A stretch of DNA of 45,706 nucleotides from an uncultured Lachnospira sp. (lineage in GTDB: Bacteria > Bacillota > Clostridia > Lachnospirales > Lachnospiraceae). The stretch covers positions 1 to 45,706 of the forward strand of contig CANRBP010000001.1 in NCBI GenBank assembly GCA_947628875.1. The letters are read 5' to 3'. Below are positions 9,421 to 18,005 of the stretch, one piece after another; the stretch's first letter is position 1; every line of letters begins with the position of its first letter. The notes beneath the pieces were generated by a model. That model did not search any database, was not told where the DNA came from, and worked only from the letters and a program-made list of their open reading frames with translations. The translations under genes were made by a program, and so were the position numbers.

Positions 9421-9568
9421 GACATACTACTCCTTATAAATAATCTTTATTTCTATTGTATATCAGCTTTTATTAAAAATCCACTTTTTTTTATCTATAT
9501 TTTAATATATAATAAACAAAAGCAGATATAAGCTTAAATTTAACCATCAGGCCAGGCAGGTGAATCTT

Positions 9569-10729
9569 ATGCTGACAATTACTAAAGACATGGCTGTACA
9601 GCCGCAGGAAAGCGATCTTCTGCCGCTTTGCCTGTCCGCCTGTGAGCCGGGCAGCACTATTCTGCCGTCACCGGCGGATTTTTTATTTTTTGACATTGAA
9701 ACAACAGGTTTTTCTGCTGAAAGCAGCTTCTGCTACTTGATCGGATGCGCTTTTTTCCGTGAAGGGCGCTGGCAGTACACGCAATGGCTGGCTGAACTGC
9801 CTGACCAGGAAGCAGGCATTATCTGCGCTTTTTTCAGCTTTTTAAAATCTTTTGCGTACCTTGTCCACTACAACGGACAAAACTTTGATATCCCTTATCT
9901 GTGCAGCCGCTGTTCGCAGCTGTCTCTGCCATATACATTTGAAGGCGTTTCAAGCATCGACATATTCCGCGATATCCGCCTTTTGCGCAACGTGCTGAAT
10001 CTTGAAAATTATAAACAGAAAACAGTTGAAAAATTTGCCAAAATAGCGCGCACTGACAAGATTGACGGCGGAGAACTGATTAATATTTACAGGGAATACG
10101 TTCACCGCCGCCTGCTTGATGAAGATCCTGACGCCAGCCTTCTGCTTTTGCACAACCGTGATGATATCTGCGCGCTGCCGGAGATTTCAGCCGTTTTAGG
10201 CTACTGCCCGTCTGTTTTTGCGCAGGCGGCCGCCTGCGGACTGATTCAGCCGGAAAGCCTGGACTGCAGGCGCACAGCGCAAACTGGCGATCAGGACGCC
10301 GAAGCTGCGGAACTTCTGCTCCGCCTGGAACTTCCGTTCAGCCTGCCTGCCAGCCTGTCCTGGGGCAATTTCCCTTTTAATGCCGAAGCGCACGGGCAAA
10401 ACCTGTTAATACATGTGCAATTATATTCAGGAGAACTCAAATATTTTTATCCGAACTACAAGGATTATTATTATCTTATACAGGAAGATCGCGCGCTGCA
10501 CAAAAGCGTGGCATCTTATGTGGATAAGCGTTTCCGCAGGCAGGCAAAGGCCGCCGACTGCTACACGCAAAAAAGCGGCAGTTTCCTGCCGCAGACTGAT
10601 GCATGGAAAAAGCCTGCATTCCGTAAATCCTATGCAGATACCATGTTTTATTTTGAAGCCGGTGATGCATTTTTAAACAATAAACAGGATCTGCTTGGCT
10701 ATGCCATACAAATCCTGCAATGGCTGTAA
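9569..10729 (+). CDS. RNase H-like (YprB/RNase_H_2) DEDD-type exonuclease domain protein
   Basis: FFDIETTGF, HYNGQNFDIPYL and HNRDD motifs. ATG 9569 follows AGGTG; GTG 9560 is an alternative. Confidence 0.82.
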   Translation: MLTITKDMAVQPQESDLLPLCLSACEPGSTILPSPADFLFFDIETTGFSAESSFCYLIGCAFFREGRWQYTQWLAELPDQEAGIICAFFSFLKSFAYLVHYNGQNFDIPYLCSRCSQLSLPYTFEGVSSIDIFRDIRLLRNVLNLENYKQKTVEKFAKIARTDKIDGGELINIYREYVHRRLLDEDPDASLLLLHNRDDICALPEISAVLGYCPSVFAQAAACGLIQPESLDCRRTAQTGDQDAEAAELLLRLELPFSLPASLSWGNFPFNAEAHGQNLLIHVQLYSGELKYFYPNYKDYYYLIQEDRALHKSVASYVDKRFRRQAKAADCYTQKSGSFLPQTDAWKKPAFRKSYADTMFYFEAGDAFLNNKQDLLGYAIQILQWL

Positions 10730-10765
10730 CGCAAGCAGCCGCAGATAAGCTAAAGCCATCAGGCA

Positions 10766-11548
10766 TCATTTAACTTTTCTGTAGAAGAACAGTTTGTCAA
10801 ACTCATACCCCAGCTCCCTGTGGTTAATTATCTGCTCGGTATTTCCAACAAACAGGCAGCCGCCCATATGCAAGGACTGGTTAAATTTCTTGTATATTTC
10901 CTGCTTTGCCTCCTCTGTAAAATAAATAACGACATTGCGGCAGACGATCAGGTGGCAGCCGGACGGATATGCATCCTTCAGCAGGTTGGATTTTTTAAAT
11001 TCAACGCATTTTTTGATTTCGTCCGATACCTTAAAGAAACGGTCGCCCATCTTTGTAAAGTACTTATTCTTAAACTCATCAGGCAGGCCCTTTAAGCTGT
11101 TTGCCCCATATACGCCGTCCCTTGCCTTCTCAAGCACCTGGTCATCAATATCTGTTGCAAGGATATGTATCTTTGAGAGCGGCACTTTCTTTGCAAGCAC
11201 CATTGCCAGCGAATACGGCTCATCGCCCGTGGAACAGGCTGCGCTCCATATTTTCAGGTTCTGCCCGAATTTGCTGATAAGATCCGGAAGTATATCGTCC
11301 TCAAGAGTCTTCCATAACGCCGGATTCCTGTAAAATTCAGATACGTTAATCGTCAGATAATTTACAAACTCATCAAGCAGGCTCCGGTTTGTCGTCAGCG
11401 CTTTGCTGTAGCTGTCATATCCGTCATACTTGTTCCTCTCGATCAGCGTGTCGATCCTGCGCTTCATCTGACGCTCTTTATAGGCATTCAGGTCAATGCC
11501 CGTGTTCTGCAGCACAAACCGCTTAAATTCTTCATAATCTTTGATCAT
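10766..11548 (-). CDS. cheR: Chemotaxis protein methyltransferase CheR
   Basis: TINVSEFYRN, IWSAACSTGDEPYSLAM, ATDID and CRNVVIYF motifs. Confidence 0.95.
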   Translation of the reverse strand: MIKDYEEFKRFVLQNTGIDLNAYKERQMKRRIDTLIERNKYDGYDSYSKALTTNRSLLDEFVNYLTINVSEFYRNPALWKTLEDDILPDLISKFGQNLKIWSAACSTGDEPYSLAMVLAKKVPLSKIHILATDIDDQVLEKARDGVYGANSLKGLPDEFKNKYFTKMGDRFFKVSDEIKKCVEFKKSNLLKDAYPSGCHLIVCRNVVIYFTEEAKQEIYKKFNQSLHMGGCLFVGNTEQIINHRELGYEFDKLFFYRKVK

Positions 11549-11801
11549 ATTATTCCTCTTTCCTGCATACGGTTTCGGACGTCTGCCTGCCTCTGTATGC
11601 GAACTTCCCTAATATAGCCACTTGTACTGGCCTGACACAAATATATTTTATTATAGCACAGCCGCAGGTAAAAAGTCTCTATATTTTTGAGAAATTTTTA
11701 ACAAATTTAAAAATTTTTAGCGGTACGCTCAAGGCTATTGCATTTTTATGATTCCGGGGATATCCTGTAATGGAAATATAAGCTTTCCGGGAGGATACCG
11801 T

Positions 11802-12557
11802 ATGGACGAGACAGCGCTTGTTCAGAGAAAAATTCTTAATGCCGCAAACAGGGCATACGAACAGAATATTTATACATATACCAGCTTTTTAGGCCTGGGG
11901 GAACTGGCTGTTTATGCGGCGATGGAAAAATCACTCTCTTTTATGCCGCATGAGAGTTTTGGCGGAAGTCCGGCCTGCGAAAGGCAGATTATCCGTTTTG
12001 GCAGCGCCGAGCTGTTCGGCTATGAAGCCGGCTACCCTATACGCCTGATTTTTATTCAGCCTTTATCCTGCAAATTTTCGGAAACGCTGACGCACCGCGA
12101 CTATCTTGGCGCTCTGGTAAATACCGGCATCGACCGCGGCCTGCTTGGGGATATACTGGTGCGCAGCACCGGCGCTTATGTATTCTGCATGGAACACATA
12201 GCCGATTTCCTTGCCGGAAGCCTGGATAATGTAAAGCACACGCGCGTAAAGTGTACATGCTGCGATACGCTTCCAGACAGCATAAAGCCGGTTCTGCTGC
12301 CTGTCGATGTAATTGCCGCCTCGCCAAGGCTGGACGCCGTTGTCGCCAGCCTGACCAGGCAGTCGCGCAGCAGCGTGCTTGAGCTTTTCTCACAGAAAAA
12401 AATTTATGTCAACGGACGGTGCGCGGAGAACAACAGCAGCCAGCTTAAACCAAATGATGTGCTTGTTATCCGCGGCAATGGAAAATATATATTCAGCGGA
12501 TGCGGCAGCCAGACGCGGAAAGGCCGGATATGCCTGCATTTGCAGAAATATGCATAG
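11802..12557 (+). CDS. ylmH: YlmH/Sll1252-family S4 RNA-binding protein
   Basis: HRDYLGAL, GDILV, SPRLDAVVA and DVLVIRGNGK motifs; ATG 11802 after GGAGG. Confidence 0.85.
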   Translation: MDETALVQRKILNAANRAYEQNIYTYTSFLGLGELAVYAAMEKSLSFMPHESFGGSPACERQIIRFGSAELFGYEAGYPIRLIFIQPLSCKFSETLTHRDYLGALVNTGIDRGLLGDILVRSTGAYVFCMEHIADFLAGSLDNVKHTRVKCTCCDTLPDSIKPVLLPVDVIAASPRLDAVVASLTRQSRSSVLELFSQKKIYVNGRCAENNSSQLKPNDVLVIRGNGKYIFSGCGSQTRKGRICLHLQKYA

Positions 12558-12578
12558 GCGCTGCTCATATAGCATGCG

Positions 12579-12609
12579 CCTGACAAATCAGCAACCCTGA
12601 CAAATCAGC
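12579..12609. repeat. 14-bp direct repeat CCTGACAAATCAGC x2
   Basis: Copies at 12579-12592 and 12596-12609. Confidence 0.85.
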
Positions 12610-12621
12610 CTGCGTCTGATT

Positions 12622-15318
12622 TCAGGTATTGTTCCTGCTTCCGCATTTTGGGCATACATCGCCTTCCCTATAGACATATCCGCAGCGGAAACAGCATTTA
12701 ACATCATGTTTTTCGCGTACAAGGTATTCCAGATTCCTTGATTCCGGTTTTTCCTTCAAATACTTGATAAAACGGTTCAGTTTTTTCAGATAATCCTCAA
12801 GCACGGCTTTTTCAGCTTTATTGTAGCCTGCTATCCTGATGCTGTGGTTGTTTGAATTGGTGACATAAATTCCTTTATTAAACAGGCCGCTCTCGATTGA
12901 AAACGCTTTAATCTCGCTTATTTTGAGAGATCCCGACAAAGTGCTTGTATTATAGCAAAGACGGTCAGGCGTAAGCAAAAATCCTTTCTTGCCGTTTTCT
13001 CCTTTAGTAGCATCGTAAACCAGCAGCGGATACTCATATGGCCGTTCCGAGGCATAGTTGTAAATTGCGTTGTGGAAAATAATGGCATCTGTATCATCGC
13101 AGGCGTCATTGCTCATGCGCCGCACATCATACATGTACATATGTTCAATGTCGCCGTCCTGCCAGTCAGTATCACGTATCAGCTTGCTTACAAGGCTGCT
13201 GCATTCATCTTTTTTGATGGCCTCAAGCCTTTTTTCAATGCGCGCCAGGATATCTTCTTTCAGTTCCGGCAGGAAATTGCCTTCCGATATCCTCTTATGC
13301 ACTTTCAGGCCTTCATCAAACTCAAGTTCCTGCACATGCGGGCAAATTTTTTCAATAGCCGCAAGATCCAAATCATACACCTTCTGCCTTAACTGATCCG
13401 CGAAAGGCTGTTTGTTGCGCTCCTCGTAATCCATCTTCTCAACCGCATCTGCCAGTTCCAGCAGTGCAGTGCGGTTTTTCAGCTGCCTGTTATTTTTTCT
13501 GATAAATGCATTCAATTCAGACTGCTCAATAACGTCACGCTTCAAATCAAGCTTTTCAATATAAGGCTGTGCATCATTTCCATATTCTTCAAATATCTGC
13601 CTGTATCTGAGATATTGCTTGCGCCCGATTGGATCCGGCATATTTTCCATGTAAATGTCCAGATCATTTTTTGCGCGCTCTTTCATCCATTTGTCCAGAG
13701 AGGCCAGGACGCTGGATTTTGTATCATTCGGGCAGTCTTTTTGCATAATGCTGTCATAGGCCTGCTTCATCTCAGGATAACCGCGCTTTTTCGCATCAAA
13801 GGCAATTTTAAGCAGTTCTTTTTGCTGATGCTGCAGAAGCTTTGCGCGCGCGCGCGCCGCGTATTCCGTCCAGTTTCCTTTCTTTTCTGTATCCTGCGCC
13901 TTTCGCTCCTCAAGCACCGACATCAGGCGCTTTAACCCGTCCGCTTCAAGCAGCTCAAGCTGCTGCGCAAAAGCATCCATATCCTGCTCCTGAGCATACC
14001 GTATCGCGCGGCTCAGATGGCCGTCATCTTGATTTGCGCTTGCTGCGCTGCCATGATCATCTCCCGTCCCGGCGCTTTGCTGCCCCACTTTCTTATTTGC
14101 ATCATCAGCAGGCTGTATTTTTCTTTTGACATCGTTTCCTGTTTTCCCTGAGAACCGGGTGCGGTATCCGTCCGGCGGTATATTACGCTCCATCTGGCGC
14201 CGAGCCATTTCCTGCTCCGCCGCCTTTATGTATTTTTCGGTCTGGACATCAGGATAAAAACCGGAATCCATCTTATCAACCGTGTTAAAAAGCTCTATAT
14301 CCGGTATCTCATCAATATGCTCAAACATCTGAGAAAGCTGTTCTGCATCCGGTACCGCGCCATTTTCCCTGTTCACAGTACTGTTCTCAAACCTGTTAAG
14401 GTGGCTGTTTGATGTTTTCTCTCCGTTCCTGCCCAGCAGTTCAAGATAATCCTGATAAGCATTCTCATCGCCCTCAAAATCCATTTTCAAAATGCTGCCA
14501 TCCATCAGCATTCTGTCCGGCTGCGGCGTATAAAAGCACTTGCATGTACTGCATGCGTAAACCCTTGAGAGTATAACCCTGCCTATGTTCGTCTCAACCG
14601 TAAATTCCCTGTCTTCCGGGTAAACTGTCATATGAAGCGGAGAATGGCACTCCGGGCAAAGGTAGCCTGTCATGTAAAATTCCTGTCCTATCCTGGACTG
14701 CTGCCTCTGCTGCCTTGATATTTCCTGCTTTGTAAAGTCACTGTTTCCTGCCTGCCAGACCAGCTTATGCCAGAGTCCGAGCCTGACCTGCTCACGCCAT
14801 CCGCCTGACGCCGCAGCCGCGCTTTCCTCCTGCTCCTGCCCGTCTTCAGCCGGAGCCTGCGGTTCCAAATATTCAAGGATAAGTTCTATAACCTCCTCAT
14901 AGGTTATCCGCACTCCTTCTTTATAAAAACGGCAGTTTTCCTGGCCGATTTGCGCCTCAACATCTACCTCGCGCAAAATTCCGTTCATGAGCGCATTCAG
15001 CTGGCTGTAATTTTTCTCAACAGTAAGTCCCTTGATCTGGCCCCATTTGCCAAATGCATACAGAACCATATTTACAGCATTTTCCAGCAGCCTGCCTTCC
15101 GGCATCGGCTTAACTTCTGCATTTAACCCCTCCTCAAGTACTGTGCCGATCACTTTTCTGTTATCAAAGCTGAACAATAACGATTTCAGGGAACCCGGAA
15201 GTATCAGCGTATTGTTGTTAAAACCAAATGTTTTGTCCCATGCCACGTTCTGCCCCATAACCTGAATAGTCTTCTCAAATACGGCTTTCAGCGCATCGCT
15301 TGCCTGCAGTACAATCAT
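12622..15318 (-). CDS. Large hypothetical protein with CxxC zinc-binding motifs, helical repeats and a C-terminal zinc ribbon
   Basis: Open ~900-codon frame. CPEC and CSTC in the N-terminal third, CFRC...CPKC at the C-terminus. ATG 15318 after GGAGGT; 15330 is an alternative coupled start. Confidence 0.85.
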   Translation of the reverse strand: MIVLQASDALKAVFEKTIQVMGQNVAWDKTFGFNNNTLILPGSLKSLLFSFDNRKVIGTVLEEGLNAEVKPMPEGRLLENAVNMVLYAFGKWGQIKGLTVEKNYSQLNALMNGILREVDVEAQIGQENCRFYKEGVRITYEEVIELILEYLEPQAPAEDGQEQEESAAAASGGWREQVRLGLWHKLVWQAGNSDFTKQEISRQQRQQSRIGQEFYMTGYLCPECHSPLHMTVYPEDREFTVETNIGRVILSRVYACSTCKCFYTPQPDRMLMDGSILKMDFEGDENAYQDYLELLGRNGEKTSNSHLNRFENSTVNRENGAVPDAEQLSQMFEHIDEIPDIELFNTVDKMDSGFYPDVQTEKYIKAAEQEMARRQMERNIPPDGYRTRFSGKTGNDVKRKIQPADDANKKVGQQSAGTGDDHGSAASANQDDGHLSRAIRYAQEQDMDAFAQQLELLEADGLKRLMSVLEERKAQDTEKKGNWTEYAARARAKLLQHQQKELLKIAFDAKKRGYPEMKQAYDSIMQKDCPNDTKSSVLASLDKWMKERAKNDLDIYMENMPDPIGRKQYLRYRQIFEEYGNDAQPYIEKLDLKRDVIEQSELNAFIRKNNRQLKNRTALLELADAVEKMDYEERNKQPFADQLRQKVYDLDLAAIEKICPHVQELEFDEGLKVHKRISEGNFLPELKEDILARIEKRLEAIKKDECSSLVSKLIRDTDWQDGDIEHMYMYDVRRMSNDACDDTDAIIFHNAIYNYASERPYEYPLLVYDATKGENGKKGFLLTPDRLCYNTSTLSGSLKISEIKAFSIESGLFNKGIYVTNSNNHSIRIAGYNKAEKAVLEDYLKKLNRFIKYLKEKPESRNLEYLVREKHDVKCCFRCGYVYREGDVCPKCGSRNNT

Positions 15319-15329
15319 ATCTACCTCCA

Positions 15330-15791
15330 TCAGACCGCATAATCTGCATTTGCCCCCACAATCTCCGGATAATCCGCTTTTTTCTGGTTCTTCATATATG
15401 GATTTTCTTCGTTATACCTTATAGCTGTATTGGTAACGCCTCCAGCCGTATAAACCCTGCCGCATTCCGGACATATAGCATTCTGAAGGCGCACTGACGT
15501 ACAGATGACCCTGCCGTCATTTTGCGCCGCTTTCGTATAAGCATTGGATACATGCTCCGCTTCATGCGCACGCACGCGCGAAGCAGACGCCTGCGGCGAG
15601 ATATGCGATGGTGATTTAAACGACACATTTTCATTTGAACCGTCCTGATATTTTCGTGACTTGCATGTTTTACACTCAACTGCACCCTGTCTTTTGAGCT
15701 GCTTGATATAATTTTTATCAATTCCATTCGTATCGTTGCGCCTGACCGCCATAATGACCTCATTGCGCGACATTGATGCTTCCATTGCCAT
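15330..15791 (-). CDS. Hypothetical protein with HExxH and two CxxC motifs (resembles SprA-related putative metalloprotease)
   Basis: CKTC, VRAHEAEH and CPECG motifs; GAAAGGTG RBS; own promoter. Confidence 0.75.
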   Translation of the reverse strand: MAMEASMSRNEVIMAVRRNDTNGIDKNYIKQLKRQGAVECKTCKSRKYQDGSNENVSFKSPSHISPQASASRVRAHEAEHVSNAYTKAAQNDGRVICTSVRLQNAICPECGRVYTAGGVTNTAIRYNEENPYMKNQKKADYPEIVGANADYAV

Positions 15792-15821
15792 TAAACATCA
15801 CACCTTTCCATAGTTGTATCA

Positions 15822-15850
15822 ATTATAATCCACAAAACGGCATAATGCAA
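15822..15850 (-). promoter_or_regulatory. Sigma-70 promoter of the two-gene operon
   Basis: Minus strand TTGCAT-17 nt-TATAAT. Confidence 0.7.
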
Positions 15851-15881
15851 CGGCAACGCAGCAAAATGCTGTGTTAAACAG

Positions 15882-15980
15882 AAAAAAGATGCCGCAGGAC
15901 GCATCACCCAGCCAAACCCGTTGGAAAGTTTCACCAGCCATCAGGGTCTTGCTGCACGGCAATGCTATCCTGCAACATCT
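15882..15980 (-). terminator. Long imperfect hairpin plus U-tract downstream of rpsA (terminator or structured RNA)
   Basis: Minus strand AGAUGUUGCAGGA pairs with UCCUGCGGCAUCU, with further nested stems, followed by a U run. Confidence 0.6.
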
Positions 15981-16052
15981 ATTTATAATCAATATCAAAT
16001 ATTCTCTGTGCCGCATATAATCCAAAACGGATATTCGCTGACAGAAAATAAA

Positions 16053-17156
16053 TTATTCATTTTCCTCTGCGCTTTCTGCTTCATCCTGCTTTGCAGCCGG
16101 CTCATCTGTGATAAGCGCTTTCATGCTCAAGCTTATCTTCTTTTCGGCTTCGTTCATATCCACAACCTTAGCCTCAATCTCCTGGCCGATAGAAAGAACG
16201 TCCGCAGGCTTGTTGATATGCTCGCGTGATATCTGTGAAACATGAAGCAGCGCATCAATTCCGTCCTCAAGCTGTACAAACGCGCCGAAATCCGTCATTC
16301 TGGCAACAACGCCCTTTACCACATTGCCTGCGGCATACTTTGTCGCTGCATCATTCCAAGGATTCAGATCAGGATACTTGACGCTGAGCGCGATCTTGGA
16401 ACCGTTAATCTCCTTAATAAAGCACTTAACAGAATCGCCTACCTTGTAAAGCTTCTTAGGATTCTCCGTTCTGCCCCATGACATCTCTGAAATGTGCAGC
16501 AGGCCGTCAACGCCGCCAAGGTCAATAAATGCGCCGAAATCTGTTACATTCTTTACTGTGCCTTCAATGGTATCGCCCTCATGGATACGCTCAAACAGCG
16601 CCTTCTGTGCAGCTTCCTTCTGTGCGATGATCAGCTGCTTGCAGTTGCCGATTATTCTTCTCTTCTTTGGATTGTACTCTGTAATGATAAAGGAAACTTC
16701 CTTATCCTTGTAAATGGACAAATCCTTTACAAATGTATCTGAAACAAGGCTGGCCGGAATAAAGATCCTCGTCTCATCAACAATAACGCCAAGACCGCCA
16801 TTCATCACCTGTCTTACCGGTGCTGTGATAACCGTCTGGTTCTCAAATGCCTCCTCAAGCTTCTTGTTGCCGTTGTCTGCAACCATCTTTTTGTAGGAAA
16901 GGAGCACCTGGCCTTCTCCATCATTCACCTTGAGCACCTTTGCCTGCATGGTCGTACCGACCTCCACCATCTTCGTTAAGTCAACACCCGGAGTAGAAGT
17001 ATACTCATTACGCGTAATAATGCCATCTGCCTTATAGCCGATATTCAGAATGATCTGGTCATCCTTAACGTCTATAACAGTACCGTCAACCACCTCTCCT
17101 GTATGTATTGTCTTAAATGTTTCATCTAACATCTCTTCAAAACTCTGTTCTGACAT
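16053..17156 (-). CDS. rpsA: 30S ribosomal protein S1 (four S1 domains)
   Basis: DFGAFIDLGGVDGLLHISEMSW and DFGAFVQLEDGIDALLHVSQIS S1 repeats; ATG 17156 after GGAGGT. Confidence 0.95.
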   Translation of the reverse strand: MSEQSFEEMLDETFKTIHTGEVVDGTVIDVKDDQIILNIGYKADGIITRNEYTSTPGVDLTKMVEVGTTMQAKVLKVNDGEGQVLLSYKKMVADNGNKKLEEAFENQTVITAPVRQVMNGGLGVIVDETRIFIPASLVSDTFVKDLSIYKDKEVSFIITEYNPKKRRIIGNCKQLIIAQKEAAQKALFERIHEGDTIEGTVKNVTDFGAFIDLGGVDGLLHISEMSWGRTENPKKLYKVGDSVKCFIKEINGSKIALSVKYPDLNPWNDAATKYAAGNVVKGVVARMTDFGAFVQLEDGIDALLHVSQISREHINKPADVLSIGQEIEAKVVDMNEAEKKISLSMKALITDEPAAKQDEAESAEENE

Positions 17157-17985
17157 TAGTGTAAACCTCCTCAATAATATTGTTCGGGGTTGATGCCCCT
17201 GCTGTAATACCTATGCAGTCTGCCTTACCCAAACAATTCAGGTCAAGGTCACTTAGCGTCTGAATGTAAAATGTATCATTACACTCACTCTTACAAATTT
17301 CATACAGTTTACGTGTATTGGAACTGCTGCCGCCACCGATCACGATCATCACGTCCGCTTGCCTGGCCAACTGCCGCGCTTCCGCCTGCCGTTCCTCAGT
17401 CGCATTACAAATTGTATTACGAATACTAATATTGTAACCCTTTTTAGATATAATTTCAACTAATTCTTGAAATTTATTGTAATTAAATGTCGTTTGAGAT
17501 ACGATGCAGACCGGCCGGTTTTCATCAAGCACCAGTTTTTCAGCCTTTTCTGCGGTATCGACAACCGCCGCAGGCGGCTGGCACCAGCCTTTAATCCCCT
17601 CAACCTCCGGATGGTTTTCATTGCCGATAATCACGATCTGGCTGCCTTTTTTGCTTTCATCCTGCACAATTTTGTGGATTTTGAGCACAAACGGGCATGT
17701 CGCATCAACAATTTTCAGTCCTTTTTTTTCCAGCATTTCATATACCTGCCTGGAAACGCCGTGCGAGCGTATGACAACCGTGCCATCGCTGATGCCGTCC
17801 AGCATGTCCAGATCACCGATCACCTTTACGCCGTGCTGTTCCAAATCGGCAACTACCTGCTCATTGTGTATTATCGGCCCGTACATATATACGCTGCTTT
17901 GCTCAGCCTGCTGGTATACTGTGTCCACAGCGCGCTGTACTCCAAAACAGAAGCCTGCCGTCTTTGCCAGAATAACTTCCCTCAT
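17137..17985 (-). CDS. ispH: 4-hydroxy-3-methylbut-2-enyl diphosphate reductase
   Basis: AGFCFGV, IIHN, DATCPFV, HPEV, TICNAT, SSNT and GITAGASTP motifs. Confidence 0.97.
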   Translation of the reverse strand: MREVILAKTAGFCFGVQRAVDTVYQQAEQSSVYMYGPIIHNEQVVADLEQHGVKVIGDLDMLDGISDGTVVIRSHGVSRQVYEMLEKKGLKIVDATCPFVLKIHKIVQDESKKGSQIVIIGNENHPEVEGIKGWCQPPAAVVDTAEKAEKLVLDENRPVCIVSQTTFNYNKFQELVEIISKKGYNISIRNTICNATEERQAEARQLARQADVMIVIGGGSSSNTRKLYEICKSECNDTFYIQTLSDLDLNCLGKADCIGITAGASTPNNIIEEVYTNVRTEF

Positions 17986-18005
17986 GGCTGCCTCCTTCCC
18001 GAAAA

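Noticed and set aside
11549-11650. c-di-GMP riboswitch in the cheR leader
   Set aside because: Only a weak GCATAC/GTATGC pairing; the GEMM motifs (GGCAAA...GCAAAG) are absent.
15887-15980. SRP (4.5S) RNA or 6S RNA
   Set aside because: Lacks the SRP helix-8 CAGG...GGAA...AGCAG motif and is too short for 6S; kept only as an unassigned hairpin.
17137-17156. ispH/rpsA overlap as a fourth frameshift of the IspH-S1 fusion found in many Clostridia
   Set aside because: rpsA has a strong GGAGGT RBS and its own ATG, and ispH ends at its normal length, so two separate genes explain the sequence.
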